Shown here in pieces: positions 43,111 through 52,919 of a stretch of 64,000 bases of DNA. The first letter of the stretch is position 1; each line of letters opens with the position of its first letter. Under the pieces are notes generated by a model. It was given only the letters and a program-made list of their open reading frames with translations, did not search any database and was not told the DNA's origin. The DNA is from Mycobacteriales bacterium (GTDB lineage: Bacteria; Actinomycetota; Actinomycetes; JALYNC01), in assembly GCA_038253225.1 (NCBI GenBank), contig JBBSHH010000002.1:971-64970 (forward strand), in the 5' to 3' direction. The translations under genes were made by a program, and so were the position numbers.

Positions 43111-44097
43111 TCAGGTGGCCAGCCGTCGGGCGACCTCGGCGGCCCAGTAGGTCAGCACGATGTCGGCCCCGGCCCGCCGGATCGAGGTCAGCGTCTCCAG
43201 GATCACCCGGTCCCGGTCGACCCAGCCGTGCCCGGCGGCCGCCTCCACCATGGCGTACTCACCGCTCACCTGGTAGGCCGCGACCGGCACGTCGACGGCG
43301 TCGGCGACCCGGCGGACGATGTCGAGGTAGGCCATCGCGGGCTTGACCATCACCGCGTCGGCGCCCTCGGCGATGTCGAGCGCGACCTCCCGCAGCGCCT
43401 CGTCGCCGTTCGCGGGGTCCTGCTGGTAGCCGGCCCGGTCGCCGAACCGGGGGGCGCACTCGGCGGCATCGCGGAACGGCCCGTAGAAGGCCGACGCGTA
43501 CTTCGCGGCGTACGCCAGCACCGCCACCTCGGAGTGGCCGGCGGCATCCAGCGCGGACCGGATCACCGCCACCTGGCCGTCCATCATCCCGCTGGGCGCG
43601 ACCACGTGCGCGCCGGCCGTGGCCTGCGTCACCGCGACCGAGGCGTAGCGCGCCAGCGTCGCGTCGTTGTCGACCGCGCCGGCGGCGGTGAGCACCCCGC
43701 AGTGCCCGGTGTCGGTGTACTCGTCGAGGCAGCAGTCGGCCATCAGCACGGTGGAGTCGCCCACCTCGGCCACCAGGTCGGCGAGCGCGAGAGCGACGAT
43801 CCCCCTCGGGTCGTCGGCGGCCGACCCGCGCGGATCCTTGTGTGCCGGGATGCCGAACACGATCAGGCCGCCGACCCCGGCCAGCACGGCGTCGTGCGCG
43901 GCCTTGCGCAGCGAGTCCCGGGTGTGCTGGACCACCCCCGGCATCGACCCGACCGGCTGCGGCTCGTCGATCCCCTCCTTGACGAAGACCGGCAGGACCA
44001 GGTCACCCGGCGCCAGCCGGGTCTGCGCGACCAGCCGGCGCAGCGCCGCGGTCCGCCGCAGCCGACGCGGCCGGACGACGGGGTAGCCGCCGCTCAC
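43111..44097 (-). CDS. hemB: Porphobilinogen synthase (delta-aminolevulinate dehydratase)
   Basis: 328 aa from GTG (VSGGYPVVRPRRLRRTAALRRLV…). It has the Schiff-base lysine region (VMVKPAMAYLDIV), and the GTGA overlaps the upstream stop. The track ORF 43111..44754 is a read-through artefact. Confidence 0.88.
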   Translation of the reverse strand: MSGGYPVVRPRRLRRTAALRRLVAQTRLAPGDLVLPVFVKEGIDEPQPVGSMPGVVQHTRDSLRKAAHDAVLAGVGGLIVFGIPAHKDPRGSAADDPRGIVALALADLVAEVGDSTVLMADCCLDEYTDTGHCGVLTAAGAVDNDATLARYASVAVTQATAGAHVVAPSGMMDGQVAVIRSALDAAGHSEVAVLAYAAKYASAFYGPFRDAAECAPRFGDRAGYQQDPANGDEALREVALDIAEGADAVMVKPAMAYLDIVRRVADAVDVPVAAYQVSGEYAMVEAAAGHGWVDRDRVILETLTSIRRAGADIVLTYWAAEVARRLAT

Positions 44098-45674
44098 TTC
44101 GCCTTCTTGGCCTTGGCGAGCGGGCGGTCCGAGGGCCGGGCCTGCTCGCCGGCCAGCCGGCGCTGGGTGGCGAACTCGGCCAGCGCCTCCGCGAGTGCCG
44201 GGGCCGCCGGCTCGCTGGCCTGTACGTCGACCCGCAGCCCGAGCTCCTCGGCGGTCTTGCGGGTCTGCGGGCCGATGACGGCGATGACCGTGGACGGGTG
44301 TGGCTTGCCGGCGATCCCGACCAGGTTGCGCACCGTGGAGGAGGAGGTGAACAGCACCCCGTCGAAGCCGCCGCTCTTGATCGCGTCCCGGGTCTCGGCC
44401 GGCGGCGGGGCGGCCCGGACGGTCCGGTAGGCGGTCACGTCGTCCACCGCCCAGCCGCGCTCCTTGAGCCCGGCGACCAGCGTTTCGGTCGCGATGTCGG
44501 CGCGGGGCAGGAACACCCGGTCCAGCGGGTCGAGGATGTCGTCGTAGGGCGGCCAGTCGGCGAGCAGGCCCTCGGAGGACTGCTCGCCGGCAGGTACCAG
44601 TTCCGGCCGGATACCGAACGCGACCAGCGCCGCTGCGGTCGCCTCCCCGACCGCCGCGACCTTGACCCCGGCGAACGCCCGAGCGTCGAGCCCCACCTCC
44701 TCGAACCTCTCCCGGACCGCCCGGACCGCGTTGGTGGAGGTGAAGGCGATCCACTGGTAGCGACCGGAGACCAGCCCCTTGATCGCCCGGTCCATCGGCG
44801 CCGAGGTGCGCGGCGGCTCGACCGCGATCGTGGGCACCTCCACCGGCACCGCGCCGTAGCGGCGCAGCTGCTCGACCAACGCACTGGCCTGCTCCTTGGT
44901 CCGCGGCACCAGCACCCGCCAGCCGAACAGCGGCCGGGTCTCATACCACGACAGCCGCTCCCGCAGCCGGACCGCGTCCCCGACGACCGCGACCGCGACG
45001 TCGGTACGGCCGGTGCCGGCCGCCTCCGCCGCCACCGTGTCCAGCGAGCAGACCAGGGTCAGCTGCCCGGGGGTGCTGCCCGCCCAGGTCAGCGCGACCA
45101 GGGTCTCGGCGGGGCGGCCGGCGGCGAGCAGCCGGTCGGCGAGCTTCGCGACACCGGCCGCGGTGACCGGCACGACCAGGCTGCGCCGGCCGGTGGCCAG
45201 CCCGGCCCAGTCCACCGAGGTGTCATCCGGAGCGGCTAGCAGCGTCACGGACTGGCCGCCCTTGCCGGACGTCAGCGGCACGCCGGCGTAGGTCGGTACG
45301 CCGGTCAGCGCGCTCACGCCGGGCACCACCTCGTAGGGCACCTTGGCCCGCACGCAGGCCTCGACCTCCTCCGCGCCGTGGCCGCCGAGGAAGGGGTCGC
45401 CCGGCATCAGCCGGACCACGACCTTGCCGGCGCGGGCGGCGGTGACGACCAACCGGCCGCTCTCCGCCGCCGTCACCCCGGAGGTGTCGAGGGTCTCGAC
45501 ATCGGCGCGTAGCCGGGCCGTCAATGCCAGCGGCAGCGGCCCGTCGGCGACGACCGTGTCGGCGGCGGCCAGCCGTTCCGCTCCGCGCAGGGTGAGCAGG
45601 CCGGGGTCGCCGGGGCCCGCCCCCACCCAGGTGACCGAACCAAGGGGCTTCTTCTTCGTCGGACGGGTGCTCAC
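44094..45674 (-). CDS. Bifunctional uroporphyrinogen-III C-methyltransferase / uroporphyrinogen-III synthase (CobA-HemD fusion)
   Basis: 526 aa. The N-terminus is SAM-methylase-like (VTWVGAGPGDPGLLTLRG…). The C-terminal half is HemD-like. Confidence 0.85.
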   Translation of the reverse strand: MSTRPTKKKPLGSVTWVGAGPGDPGLLTLRGAERLAAADTVVADGPLPLALTARLRADVETLDTSGVTAAESGRLVVTAARAGKVVVRLMPGDPFLGGHGAEEVEACVRAKVPYEVVPGVSALTGVPTYAGVPLTSGKGGQSVTLLAAPDDTSVDWAGLATGRRSLVVPVTAAGVAKLADRLLAAGRPAETLVALTWAGSTPGQLTLVCSLDTVAAEAAGTGRTDVAVAVVGDAVRLRERLSWYETRPLFGWRVLVPRTKEQASALVEQLRRYGAVPVEVPTIAVEPPRTSAPMDRAIKGLVSGRYQWIAFTSTNAVRAVRERFEEVGLDARAFAGVKVAAVGEATAAALVAFGIRPELVPAGEQSSEGLLADWPPYDDILDPLDRVFLPRADIATETLVAGLKERGWAVDDVTAYRTVRAAPPPAETRDAIKSGGFDGVLFTSSSTVRNLVGIAGKPHPSTVIAVIGPQTRKTAEELGLRVDVQASEPAAPALAEALAEFATQRRLAGEQARPSDRPLAKAKKAK

Positions 45675-46615
45675 CGGGACTCCATCAGGTCGCCCGCGCC
45701 GGCGGCGAGGAGGTCGGCCGCCAGCCGGCGACCCACCTCCGCCGCGGCCGAGAACGGGCCGGTAGCGGACAGGCGGACGACCCGGGTGCCGTCGAGTGCA
45801 GCGACGACGGCACGCAGGTAGATCTCAAGGTCGCCGTCGTCGCCCTCCGCGACGTCGGCGAGGGCGCCGACCGGCGCGGTGCAGCCGGCCTCCAGGGCGG
45901 TGAGCAGCGACCGCTCGGCCGCGACGGCGGCGGCGGTGATCGGATCCTCGAGCCGGGCCAGCAGCGCGACGAGCTCGCCGTCGTCGGCTCGGCACTCCAC
46001 GGCGAGCGCGCCCTGGCCGGGGGCGGGCAGCATCTGCAGCGGGTCGAGCACCTCGCTGACCTCGCCGAGCCGGCCGAGCCGGGCCAGCCCCGCGCGGGCC
46101 AGCACCACCGCGTCCAGCTCGCCGGCGGTGACCTTGGCCAGCCGGGTGTCGACGTTGCCGCGCAGCCCCACCACGTCGAGCCGGAGACCCAGCGCGCGCA
46201 GCTGGGCGGCCCGACGGGGCGCGCCAGTGCCGACCACCGACCCGGGCGGCAGCTCACCGAGGGTGCGGCCGCCGGCGGCGACCAGCACGTCGCGCGGGTC
46301 CTCCCGGGTCGGCACCGCGGCGACGACGAGCCCGTCGGCCGGGCCGGTCGGCAGGTCCTTGAGGGAGTGCACCGCGAGGTCGACGTCCCCCGCCAGCAGC
46401 CGGTCCCGCAGCGCGGTGACGAAGACGCCGGTGCCGCCGAGCCGGGCGATCGCCGTCGCGGTGGTGTCGCCGAACGTCGTCACCGGAACCAGGTCGACGG
46501 CGGCGCCGGTGCCGTCCCGCAGGGCCGCCGCGACGAGCTCGGACTGGGTCAGCGCGAGCCGGCTGCGCCGGGTTCCGAGCCGCAGCGGCTTGGTCAGCAG
46601 CCCGGCGGTGCTCAC
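45671..46615 (-). CDS. hemC: Hydroxymethylbilane synthase (porphobilinogen deaminase)
   Basis: 314 aa: LRLGTRRSRLALTQSELVAAAL…DLAVHSLKDLPT…. Confidence 0.9.
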   Translation of the reverse strand: MSTAGLLTKPLRLGTRRSRLALTQSELVAAALRDGTGAAVDLVPVTTFGDTTATAIARLGGTGVFVTALRDRLLAGDVDLAVHSLKDLPTGPADGLVVAAVPTREDPRDVLVAAGGRTLGELPPGSVVGTGAPRRAAQLRALGLRLDVVGLRGNVDTRLAKVTAGELDAVVLARAGLARLGRLGEVSEVLDPLQMLPAPGQGALAVECRADDGELVALLARLEDPITAAAVAAERSLLTALEAGCTAPVGALADVAEGDDGDLEIYLRAVVAALDGTRVVRLSATGPFSAAAEVGRRLAADLLAAGAGDLMESR

Positions 46616-47910
46616 GACTCGTCCTCGACGGCCACGGCGGCCCGCGTCACGGCCGCCGGCGTGGCCGGGTCCAGGCCGAACAGCTCGCGCACCGCGTCGG
46701 CGTACGCGTCACCGCCCGGCTCCTCGGCTCGTTCCTTGATCCGCACGGTGGGGGCGTGCAGCAGCTTGTCGACGACCCGGTGCACGGTGGCGGCGACCTC
46801 GGCGCGGCTGCGCTGGTCGAGGTCGGGCACCCGGCCGGCGAGTCGCAGCAGCTCCGCCTCGACCACCTCGGCGGCCTTCGAGCGCAGCGCCACCACGGTC
46901 GGGGCGACCCGGGCCGAGCGCACCTCGGCGAGGAACTCGCCGACCTCCTCGGTGACGATCCGACGTACCGCCTCGACCTCACGCGCCACCGGCTCGGCGT
47001 CGAGCGCGACCCGCAGGGTCTCGAGGTCCACCACGGTGACCCCGGCCCGCTCCCGCACCGCCGGGTCGACGTCGCGGGGCAACGCCAGGTCGAGCACGAA
47101 CAGCGGCCGGGTGGGTCGGTCCGGCAACATCTCCGCCACCACGACGACGCCGGTCGCGCCGGTCGAGCAGACCAGCAGCTCCGCACCGGCGACGGCCGCC
47201 GGCAGCCCGGGCAGACCCACCCCCCGACCGCCGAGGGTGGCGGCGAGGCGCCGCGCGGTCGCGACCGTCCGGTTGACGACCGTGATGTCGGTGACGCCGC
47301 TGCGGCGCAGGGCCGCCCCGGCCAGGGCGCCCATCGAGCCGGCCCCGACCAGGACGGCGCGCCGCCCCGCGAGCGGGCCGATCCGCTCGGCCGCGAGCGA
47401 CAGGCCGGTCTGCACGAGCGACGCCCCGGCCCGGTCGATGCCGGTCTCGGAGTGCGCGCGCTTGCCGACCCGCAGGGCCTGCTGCAGCAGCCGGCCGAGC
47501 ACCCGCCCGGTCGTCTCCTCGTCCCGAGCCAGCCGGTAGGCGACCCGCAGCTGCCCCAGGATCTGGCCCTCCCCGAGGACCATGGACTCCAGCCCGCAGG
47601 CCACCGAGAACAGGTGCTGCACCGCGGCGTCCTCGTAGTGCACGTAGAGGTGCCCGGTGAGGGACTCCAGCGGGACGCCGGAGCTGCGCGCGAGCAGCTC
47701 GGAGATCTCCGCGACGCCGCCGTGGAACTTGGAGACCTCGGCGTAGACCTCGACCCGGTTGCAGGTGGAGAGGACCAGCGCCTCCTCGACGTACGTCGCC
47801 TGCTGCAGGTCGTGCAGCACCTTGACGACCGCGTCGACGGAGAGAGCCAGCTGCTCCAGCAGCGCCACCGGGGCGCTGCGGTGGGAGAGGCCGACCACCA
47901 GCACGCTCAT
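46612..47910 (-). CDS. hemA: Glutamyl-tRNA reductase
   Basis: 432 aa from ATG (MSVLVVGLSHRSAPVALLEQL…LSTCNRVEVYAEV…), overlapping the rex stop (ATGA). The 1009-aa track ORF is a read-through artefact. Confidence 0.9.
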   Translation of the reverse strand: MSVLVVGLSHRSAPVALLEQLALSVDAVVKVLHDLQQATYVEEALVLSTCNRVEVYAEVSKFHGGVAEISELLARSSGVPLESLTGHLYVHYEDAAVQHLFSVACGLESMVLGEGQILGQLRVAYRLARDEETTGRVLGRLLQQALRVGKRAHSETGIDRAGASLVQTGLSLAAERIGPLAGRRAVLVGAGSMGALAGAALRRSGVTDITVVNRTVATARRLAATLGGRGVGLPGLPAAVAGAELLVCSTGATGVVVVAEMLPDRPTRPLFVLDLALPRDVDPAVRERAGVTVVDLETLRVALDAEPVAREVEAVRRIVTEEVGEFLAEVRSARVAPTVVALRSKAAEVVEAELLRLAGRVPDLDQRSRAEVAATVHRVVDKLLHAPTVRIKERAEEPGGDAYADAVRELFGLDPATPAAVTRAAVAVEDES

Positions 47911-48650
47911 GCCCGCACCGCCGTCGGCAGCCCCGCGAGCGCGGTCGCGACCTCGGCGTCCAAACCGGCGGGCACCGCGGTCAGTGCGGCCTTTCGCTGC
48001 TCGTGGAACGCCAGGATCTGCAGCTCGATGGACAGGTCGACCTTGCGGACATCGACCCCCGCCCGGACGCTGAGCAGCGCCGGCGCGAAGTTCAGAATGC
48101 TGGTGACCCCGGCGGCGACCAGCCGGTCGCAGACGTCCTGCGCGGCGGTGTCCGGGGTGGCGATGACGCCGATGGACACCGACTCCGCTTGGACGACCTC
48201 CGACAGGTCGTCGATGTGACGCACCGTCAACCCGACGATCGGCTCGCCGACGCGGGACCGGTCCGCGTCCAGCAGCGCCGCGACCCGGAAACCACGGGTG
48301 GCGAACCCGCCGTAGTTGGCGAGCGCCTGGCCCAGGTTGCCGATCCCGACGATCGCGACCGCCCAGTCCTGGGTGAGCCCGAGCTCGCGGGAGATCTGGT
48401 ACAGCAGGTACTGCACGTCGTAGCCCACGCCGCGGGTGCCGTACGAACCGAGGTGGGAGAGGTCCTTGCGGACCTTGGCCGAGTTGACCCCGGCGGCCGC
48501 GGCGAGTGCGTCCGAGCTGACCGTGGTGCGGCCCGCCTCGGCGAGGCCGTGCAGTGCCCGCAGGTAGAGCGGGAGCCTGGCGACGGTGGCATCGGGGATG
48601 CCGCTCGCCCTCGCGCGGACGCGGGGAGCTGCGGTTCCGGGGTCGGGCAC
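47907..48650 (-). CDS. rex: Redox-sensing transcriptional repressor Rex
   Basis: 247 aa: …ATVARLPLYLRALHGLAEAGRTTVSSDALAAAAGVNSAKVRKDLSHLGSYGTRGVGYDV… plus a Rossmann region AIVGIGNLGQALANY. Confidence 0.9.
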   Translation of the reverse strand: MPDPGTAAPRVRARASGIPDATVARLPLYLRALHGLAEAGRTTVSSDALAAAAGVNSAKVRKDLSHLGSYGTRGVGYDVQYLLYQISRELGLTQDWAVAIVGIGNLGQALANYGGFATRGFRVAALLDADRSRVGEPIVGLTVRHIDDLSEVVQAESVSIGVIATPDTAAQDVCDRLVAAGVTSILNFAPALLSVRAGVDVRKVDLSIELQILAFHEQRKAALTAVPAGLDAEVATALAGLPTAVRA

Positions 48651-48699
48651 GAAAGCGGCTCCGGGGAGTGGTACTGGGGTCCGCGGACACGCTACGTCC

Positions 48700-48717
48700 T
48701 TGTGAACGATTGCACAA
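48700..48717. promoter_or_regulatory. Rex operator (ROP-like) TTGTGAAcgatTGCACAA about 50 bp upstream of rex
   Basis: It matches the actinobacterial ROP consensus TTGTGAA-N4-TTCACAA with one mismatch. It sits between rex and the divergent DUF349 gene. Confidence 0.6.
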
Positions 48718-48819
48718 AGAGACGCTGGTGCCGCCGGTCCGGCCCGGCTGACCGTGGCCGGGGAGGCCGGGGAACAATGCCGCCAGGACCGATCTCACCG
48801 ACGAACTCGCGGGACGGCC

Positions 48820-50043
48820 ATGACCGCCATGCACACCTCCGACTGGGGCCGCATCGAGCCCGACGGCACGGTCTACGTTCGGACCCGAGCCGGCGAGCGC
48901 CCGGTCGGTGAGTGGCACGCCGGCGACCCGGCCGCCGGTCTCGCCTACTACGAGCGCCGGTACGGCGCGCTGGTGACCGAGGCCGGGCTGCTCGAGCGCC
49001 GGCTGGCCAGCGGCGCCGGTGACCCGCGCGACGTGCTCGCCAGCACCCGACGGCTGCTGGAGTCGCTGCCGTCGGCAGCCGCGGTCGGGGATCTGGACGG
49101 GCTGGCCGACCGGTTGGCGGCACTCGCCGCCGACGCGACCGAGCGGGCCGAGCAGTTCGGCCACGACCGGGCCGCGGCCGCCGAGCGGGCGGTCGCGGCC
49201 AAGGAGGCGCTGGCGGCGGAGGCGGAGGCGCTGGCTCAGAGCGAGAGCTGGAAGGCCACCGGGGACCGCTTCCGCGCCCTCGCGCAGGAGTGGCAGGCCC
49301 TGACCGGCGCCGGCCGGCTCCGCGAGGCGGACCGGCGGGTCGAGGCGACGCAGTGGCGGCGGGTGGTCGCCGCCCGGGAGGAGTTCGGCCGGCGCCGCGG
49401 CGCGCACTTCGCCGCGCTGGAGCAGGAGCGCGGCATCGCCAGGAAGCGCAAGGAGGCGCTCGTCCGGACGGCCGAGGAGCTGGCCGAGTCGACCGACTGG
49501 GCGCCGACGGCGGACCGGCTCAAGGGCCTGATGACCGAGTGGAAGGCCGCCGGCCGGGCGGCCAAACCGGCGGACGACGCGCTCTGGCAGCGGTTCCGAG
49601 CCGCCTCGGACGCGTTCTTCGCTCGCCGCTCGGCCCTGCACGCCGAGCGGGATTCGGCGCTGCGCGACAACGTCGCGGTCAAGGAGGCGCTGGTGGCCGA
49701 GGCCGAGGCGCTGGATCCGGCCGACCTCACCGCGACGCAGGGCCGGCTCCGGGATATCCAGGACCGGTGGGAGGCGGCCGGGGAGGTCCCCCGGGAGGCG
49801 CTGGCCGGGCTCGAGCGGCGGATGGCGACGGTCGAGCGACGGCTGCGGGAGCGCGCGCAGGAGCGGTGGCGGCCGGATCCGGCGTCCTCGCCGCTGGTCA
49901 CCCGGCTGCGGGAGTCGGTGGCGAAGCTGGAGCGGCGGGTCGAGCGGGAGCGCGCCGCCGGCCGGGTCGCCGCCGCCGCCGAGGCGGAGGCGACCCTGAC
50001 CAGCCAGCGGGAGTGGCTGGCTCAGGCCGAGAACGTGAAATGA
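48820..50043 (+). CDS. DUF349 domain-containing protein (repetitive coiled-coil)
   Basis: Starts at MTAMHTSDWGRIEPDGTVYVRTRAGERPVGEWHAG… and continues with repeated DUF349-like units (…WQRFRAASDAFFARR…). Confidence 0.75.
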   Translation: MTAMHTSDWGRIEPDGTVYVRTRAGERPVGEWHAGDPAAGLAYYERRYGALVTEAGLLERRLASGAGDPRDVLASTRRLLESLPSAAAVGDLDGLADRLAALAADATERAEQFGHDRAAAAERAVAAKEALAAEAEALAQSESWKATGDRFRALAQEWQALTGAGRLREADRRVEATQWRRVVAAREEFGRRRGAHFAALEQERGIARKRKEALVRTAEELAESTDWAPTADRLKGLMTEWKAAGRAAKPADDALWQRFRAASDAFFARRSALHAERDSALRDNVAVKEALVAEAEALDPADLTATQGRLRDIQDRWEAAGEVPREALAGLERRMATVERRLRERAQERWRPDPASSPLVTRLRESVAKLERRVERERAAGRVAAAAEAEATLTSQREWLAQAENVK

Positions 50044-50047
50044 CGGC

Positions 50048-50070
50048 CCGGGCGCACGGGCGGCGCCCGG
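50048..50070. terminator. Hairpin CCGGGCGC-N7-GCGCCCGG between convergent DUF349 and htrA-like genes
   Basis: 8-bp perfect GC stem in a 51-bp convergent gap. Confidence 0.45.
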
Positions 50071-50094
50071 TAGGGAGCACCGGCGGGAGCAGGG

Positions 50095-51375
50095 TCAGGC
50101 GCGGGGGGCCGCAACCGTCGTGACCGTGACCGTGTGCGACGCGCCGTTGCGGAGGTAGGTCAGCCGCAGCGCGGTGCCGACCCCGGCCGAGCGGACCGCG
50201 GCGACCAACCCGTCGACGGTGTTCACCGGCCGCCCACGCACCGCGGTCACCACGTCGCCGACCTGCAGGCCGGCCTTGGCGGCCGGAGCTCCGCTCTGCA
50301 CCGAGCGCAGCTCGGCGCCGGTGCCGTCGGTCGGGTCGCTGCCGGCGGTGGTGCTGCCGGCGGTGGTGGCCTCGACGCCGAGGTAGGCGTGGGTCGCCGA
50401 CCCGGTGCGGATCAGCTGGTCGGCGATACCGCGGGCGTAGTCGATCGGGATCGCGAAGCCCACCCCGATGTTGCCGGACTGCCCGGCGGAGCCGGTCGAG
50501 TCCCCACCCAGGGTGGCGATGGCGGAGTTGATCCCGAGGACTCGTCCGGCGCTGTCGACCAGCGGGCCGCCGGAGTTCCCCGGGTTGATCGCAGCGTCGG
50601 TCTGTACCGCGTCGAGCACCGCGTCGCTGTCGCTGACCGACGGGTCGCCGGTCCGCACCGGCCGGTGCAGCGAGCTGACGATGCCGGAGGTCACGGTCCC
50701 GGCCAGGCCGAGCGGCGCGCCGATCGCCACCACGAGGTCGCCGACCTGGAGCCCCTCGGAGGACCCGAGCGTGGCGGGCACCAGGCCGGCGACGCCGCGG
50801 ATTTGGATGACCGCCAGGTCCGAGGACGGGTCCCGTCCGACGATGCGGGCGCTGGACCGCCTGCCGTCGGCCAGCGTGACCGAGACCGTGCCGCCGTCCG
50901 CCGCCTCGGCCACGACATGGTTGTTGGTCAGGATGTAGCCGTCTCGGGTCAGCACGACGCCGGAGCCGGTGGCGCTGCCACCCGCACCGTGCTCGGTGAT
51001 CTTCACGACGCTCGGGGTCGCGGTCGCGGCCGCTGCGGCGACGGTCCCGGCGCCGGCCTGGACCGGCGCGGTGCCGGTGGTCGCGATGCCGGTCGTCGAG
51101 GTGCCGGCCGAGGTGCGCAGCGGCGAGCTTGCCGGCGTGGCCCGGGACGTGCTCTCGACGCCGACGGCCGCGCCGACACCGCCGCCGAGCAGCGACGCAC
51201 CGAGCGCCAGCGCGACCAGCGCCAGCGACGGGCGGTGCCGTCCCGTCGACGGCACCGGGCCGGCCGAGCGGGCCGGTGGCTCGTCGTGGTCTTGCTGCGG
51301 CCAGGGCTGGCCGTAGGAGGGGGTGTCGGAGGGAACCGTCGGTGTGGTCATGCAGACACCTTCGGCGGTGGGCAT
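50095..51375 (-). CDS. HtrA/DegP-family trypsin-like serine protease with C-terminal PDZ domain (start uncertain, possibly 51351)
   Basis: Catalytic region GSGVVLTRDGYILTNNHVV…, the GNSGGPL serine motif, and a PDZ region (…GAELRSVQSGAPAAKAGLQVGDVVTAV…). Confidence 0.85.
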   Translation of the reverse strand: MPTAEGVCMTTPTVPSDTPSYGQPWPQQDHDEPPARSAGPVPSTGRHRPSLALVALALGASLLGGGVGAAVGVESTSRATPASSPLRTSAGTSTTGIATTGTAPVQAGAGTVAAAAATATPSVVKITEHGAGGSATGSGVVLTRDGYILTNNHVVAEAADGGTVSVTLADGRRSSARIVGRDPSSDLAVIQIRGVAGLVPATLGSSEGLQVGDLVVAIGAPLGLAGTVTSGIVSSLHRPVRTGDPSVSDSDAVLDAVQTDAAINPGNSGGPLVDSAGRVLGINSAIATLGGDSTGSAGQSGNIGVGFAIPIDYARGIADQLIRTGSATHAYLGVEATTAGSTTAGSDPTDGTGAELRSVQSGAPAAKAGLQVGDVVTAVRGRPVNTVDGLVAAVRSAGVGTALRLTYLRNGASHTVTVTTVAAPRA

Positions 51376-51451
51376 GTGACCGGGCTGAGCGCTGGCTGAA
51401 CGTTGGCTGTGAACCCCGGCCGCGCCACGACCGGCTCGGCCCGCCGGCCCG

Positions 51452-51709
51452 TCAGCGCAGGGCAGCCCGCAGTCGGCTCTCCTGCACCCGCCAGAAGTCG
51501 TGGACGACGCCGTCGATCAACGTGACCGGCACGAGGTCCACGTACTCCTTGTCGGCCGGGGCGTCGGTCAGATCGCGTTCCTCCAGCGCCACCCCGAGCT
51601 CGGCGCAGACCCGCTGCAACACGGCCCGCGCCTCGGCGCACAGGTGGCACCCCGGCCGGCCGACCAGCGTGACCTTGTGCCCGGAAGAAGCGTTCCCGCC
51701 TGGCGCCAC
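51452..51709 (-). CDS. Glutaredoxin-like protein (DUF836/YruB family, CxxC)
   Basis: 85 aa with a CHLC motif (KVTLVGRPGCHLCAEARAVL). Confidence 0.7.
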   Translation of the reverse strand: MAPGGNASSGHKVTLVGRPGCHLCAEARAVLQRVCAELGVALEERDLTDAPADKEYVDLVPVTLIDGVVHDFWRVQESRLRAALR

Positions 51710-51991
51710 GATCGCAGCGTAATGGCCCGGACGTCGAGTCGAGCGGCCGGCGACGATTGCTCCTCAAGGTCCAGCCCGGCTACGCCGATCGGAGGAACGT
51801 CAGCAAGTTCAACCGCCCGGGCGACCACCGGCGCGACAAAGGCACACCGTGCGCAAGCACGGGCCGCAAAGGCACGGGACTGCTGCACCGCAAGCAGTTC
51901 GCCGGCCTGCCGACGTCCGACTGGCCGCTGTCCGCAGCGTCGCGACCCTTATTCGCGGTGTGCGCCCTGGCCATTCGTCAGAGGTGTCGCC

Positions 51992-52786
51992 GTGACTGTT
52001 CCGCTCGCTGCCCCGATGTCTGCTGCGTCTGTCGGCTCGAACGCCGGCCGACTCTCCCGCCGAGTCCGCCACGCCGGCCGGGTGAGCCTGGCCGCGGCCA
52101 CCCTGGCCGGCGGTCTGGTCGCGGGGATCGCCACCGCCGGACCGGCCGCCGCATCCGCCTCGTTCGTCGGCACGATCAACGCGGCCCGGGCGAGCGCCGG
52201 ACTGGCGCCGCTGTCCGTCGCCGGTGACCTCACCGCGGTCGCCGCCGGCCACTCGGCCGCGATGGCCGCCTCGCACCAGCTTTACCACAACCCGAGCCTG
52301 ACCAGCTCGGTGCACAACTGGACCGTGCTGGGTGAGAACGTCGGCACCGGCCCGGACGCTGCGTCGATCGCGTCCGCGTTCATGGCCAGCGCCCCGCACC
52401 GCGCGAACATCCTCAACAGCCGCTACACCCAGGTCGGCGTGGCCGTCTCGGTGAGCTCCGACGGTGCGCTGTGGGTCACCGAGGACTTCAAGCGCCCGAC
52501 CGGCTCGGTGTCGACGCCGGCCCCGACGTCCCCGTCGAGCGGTTCGCACTCGACCGCCAGTGCTAGCTCGACCGGCAGTGCGTCGGTTCGCTCGCGCACC
52601 GGCGTCGGCACCCGCCCCGCGAGCGGGGTGGCGCGCCGAACGACGCCGACCTCGGGCGGGGCGCCGCGCCCCCTGACGCTGGCGGAGCGGCTGCGGCTGG
52701 CCGCCGCGGTCGCCGGCCGGCCCACCGACCCGCTGGCCAAGGCGCTGGACTACACCCACGTGATGGCCACGCTCACCAGGCACTGA
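51992..52786 (+). CDS. CAP-domain (SCP/PR-1-like) secreted protein with Ser/Thr/Pro-rich C-terminal linker
   Basis: From GTG (VTVPLAAPMSAASVG…), with a signal-like N-terminus. The CAP core is …GHSAAMAASHQLYHNPSL…GENVG…HRANILNSRYTQVGVAV…. Confidence 0.7.
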   Translation: MTVPLAAPMSAASVGSNAGRLSRRVRHAGRVSLAAATLAGGLVAGIATAGPAAASASFVGTINAARASAGLAPLSVAGDLTAVAAGHSAAMAASHQLYHNPSLTSSVHNWTVLGENVGTGPDAASIASAFMASAPHRANILNSRYTQVGVAVSVSSDGALWVTEDFKRPTGSVSTPAPTSPSSGSHSTASASSTGSASVRSRTGVGTRPASGVARRTTPTSGGAPRPLTLAERLRLAAAVAGRPTDPLAKALDYTHVMATLTRH

Positions 52787-52919
52787 CGCACCGGAGGCTG
52801 CGGCCGGCCCGGGTGGGGACAGGAAACCACCGAGTCGTGGCGACGATCCGGTCGTGACGCGAAGCAATAGGGCAACTACGATCCGCCACCAGAGGGGAAA
52901 TTCCGCGGGAGGAGCGTCC

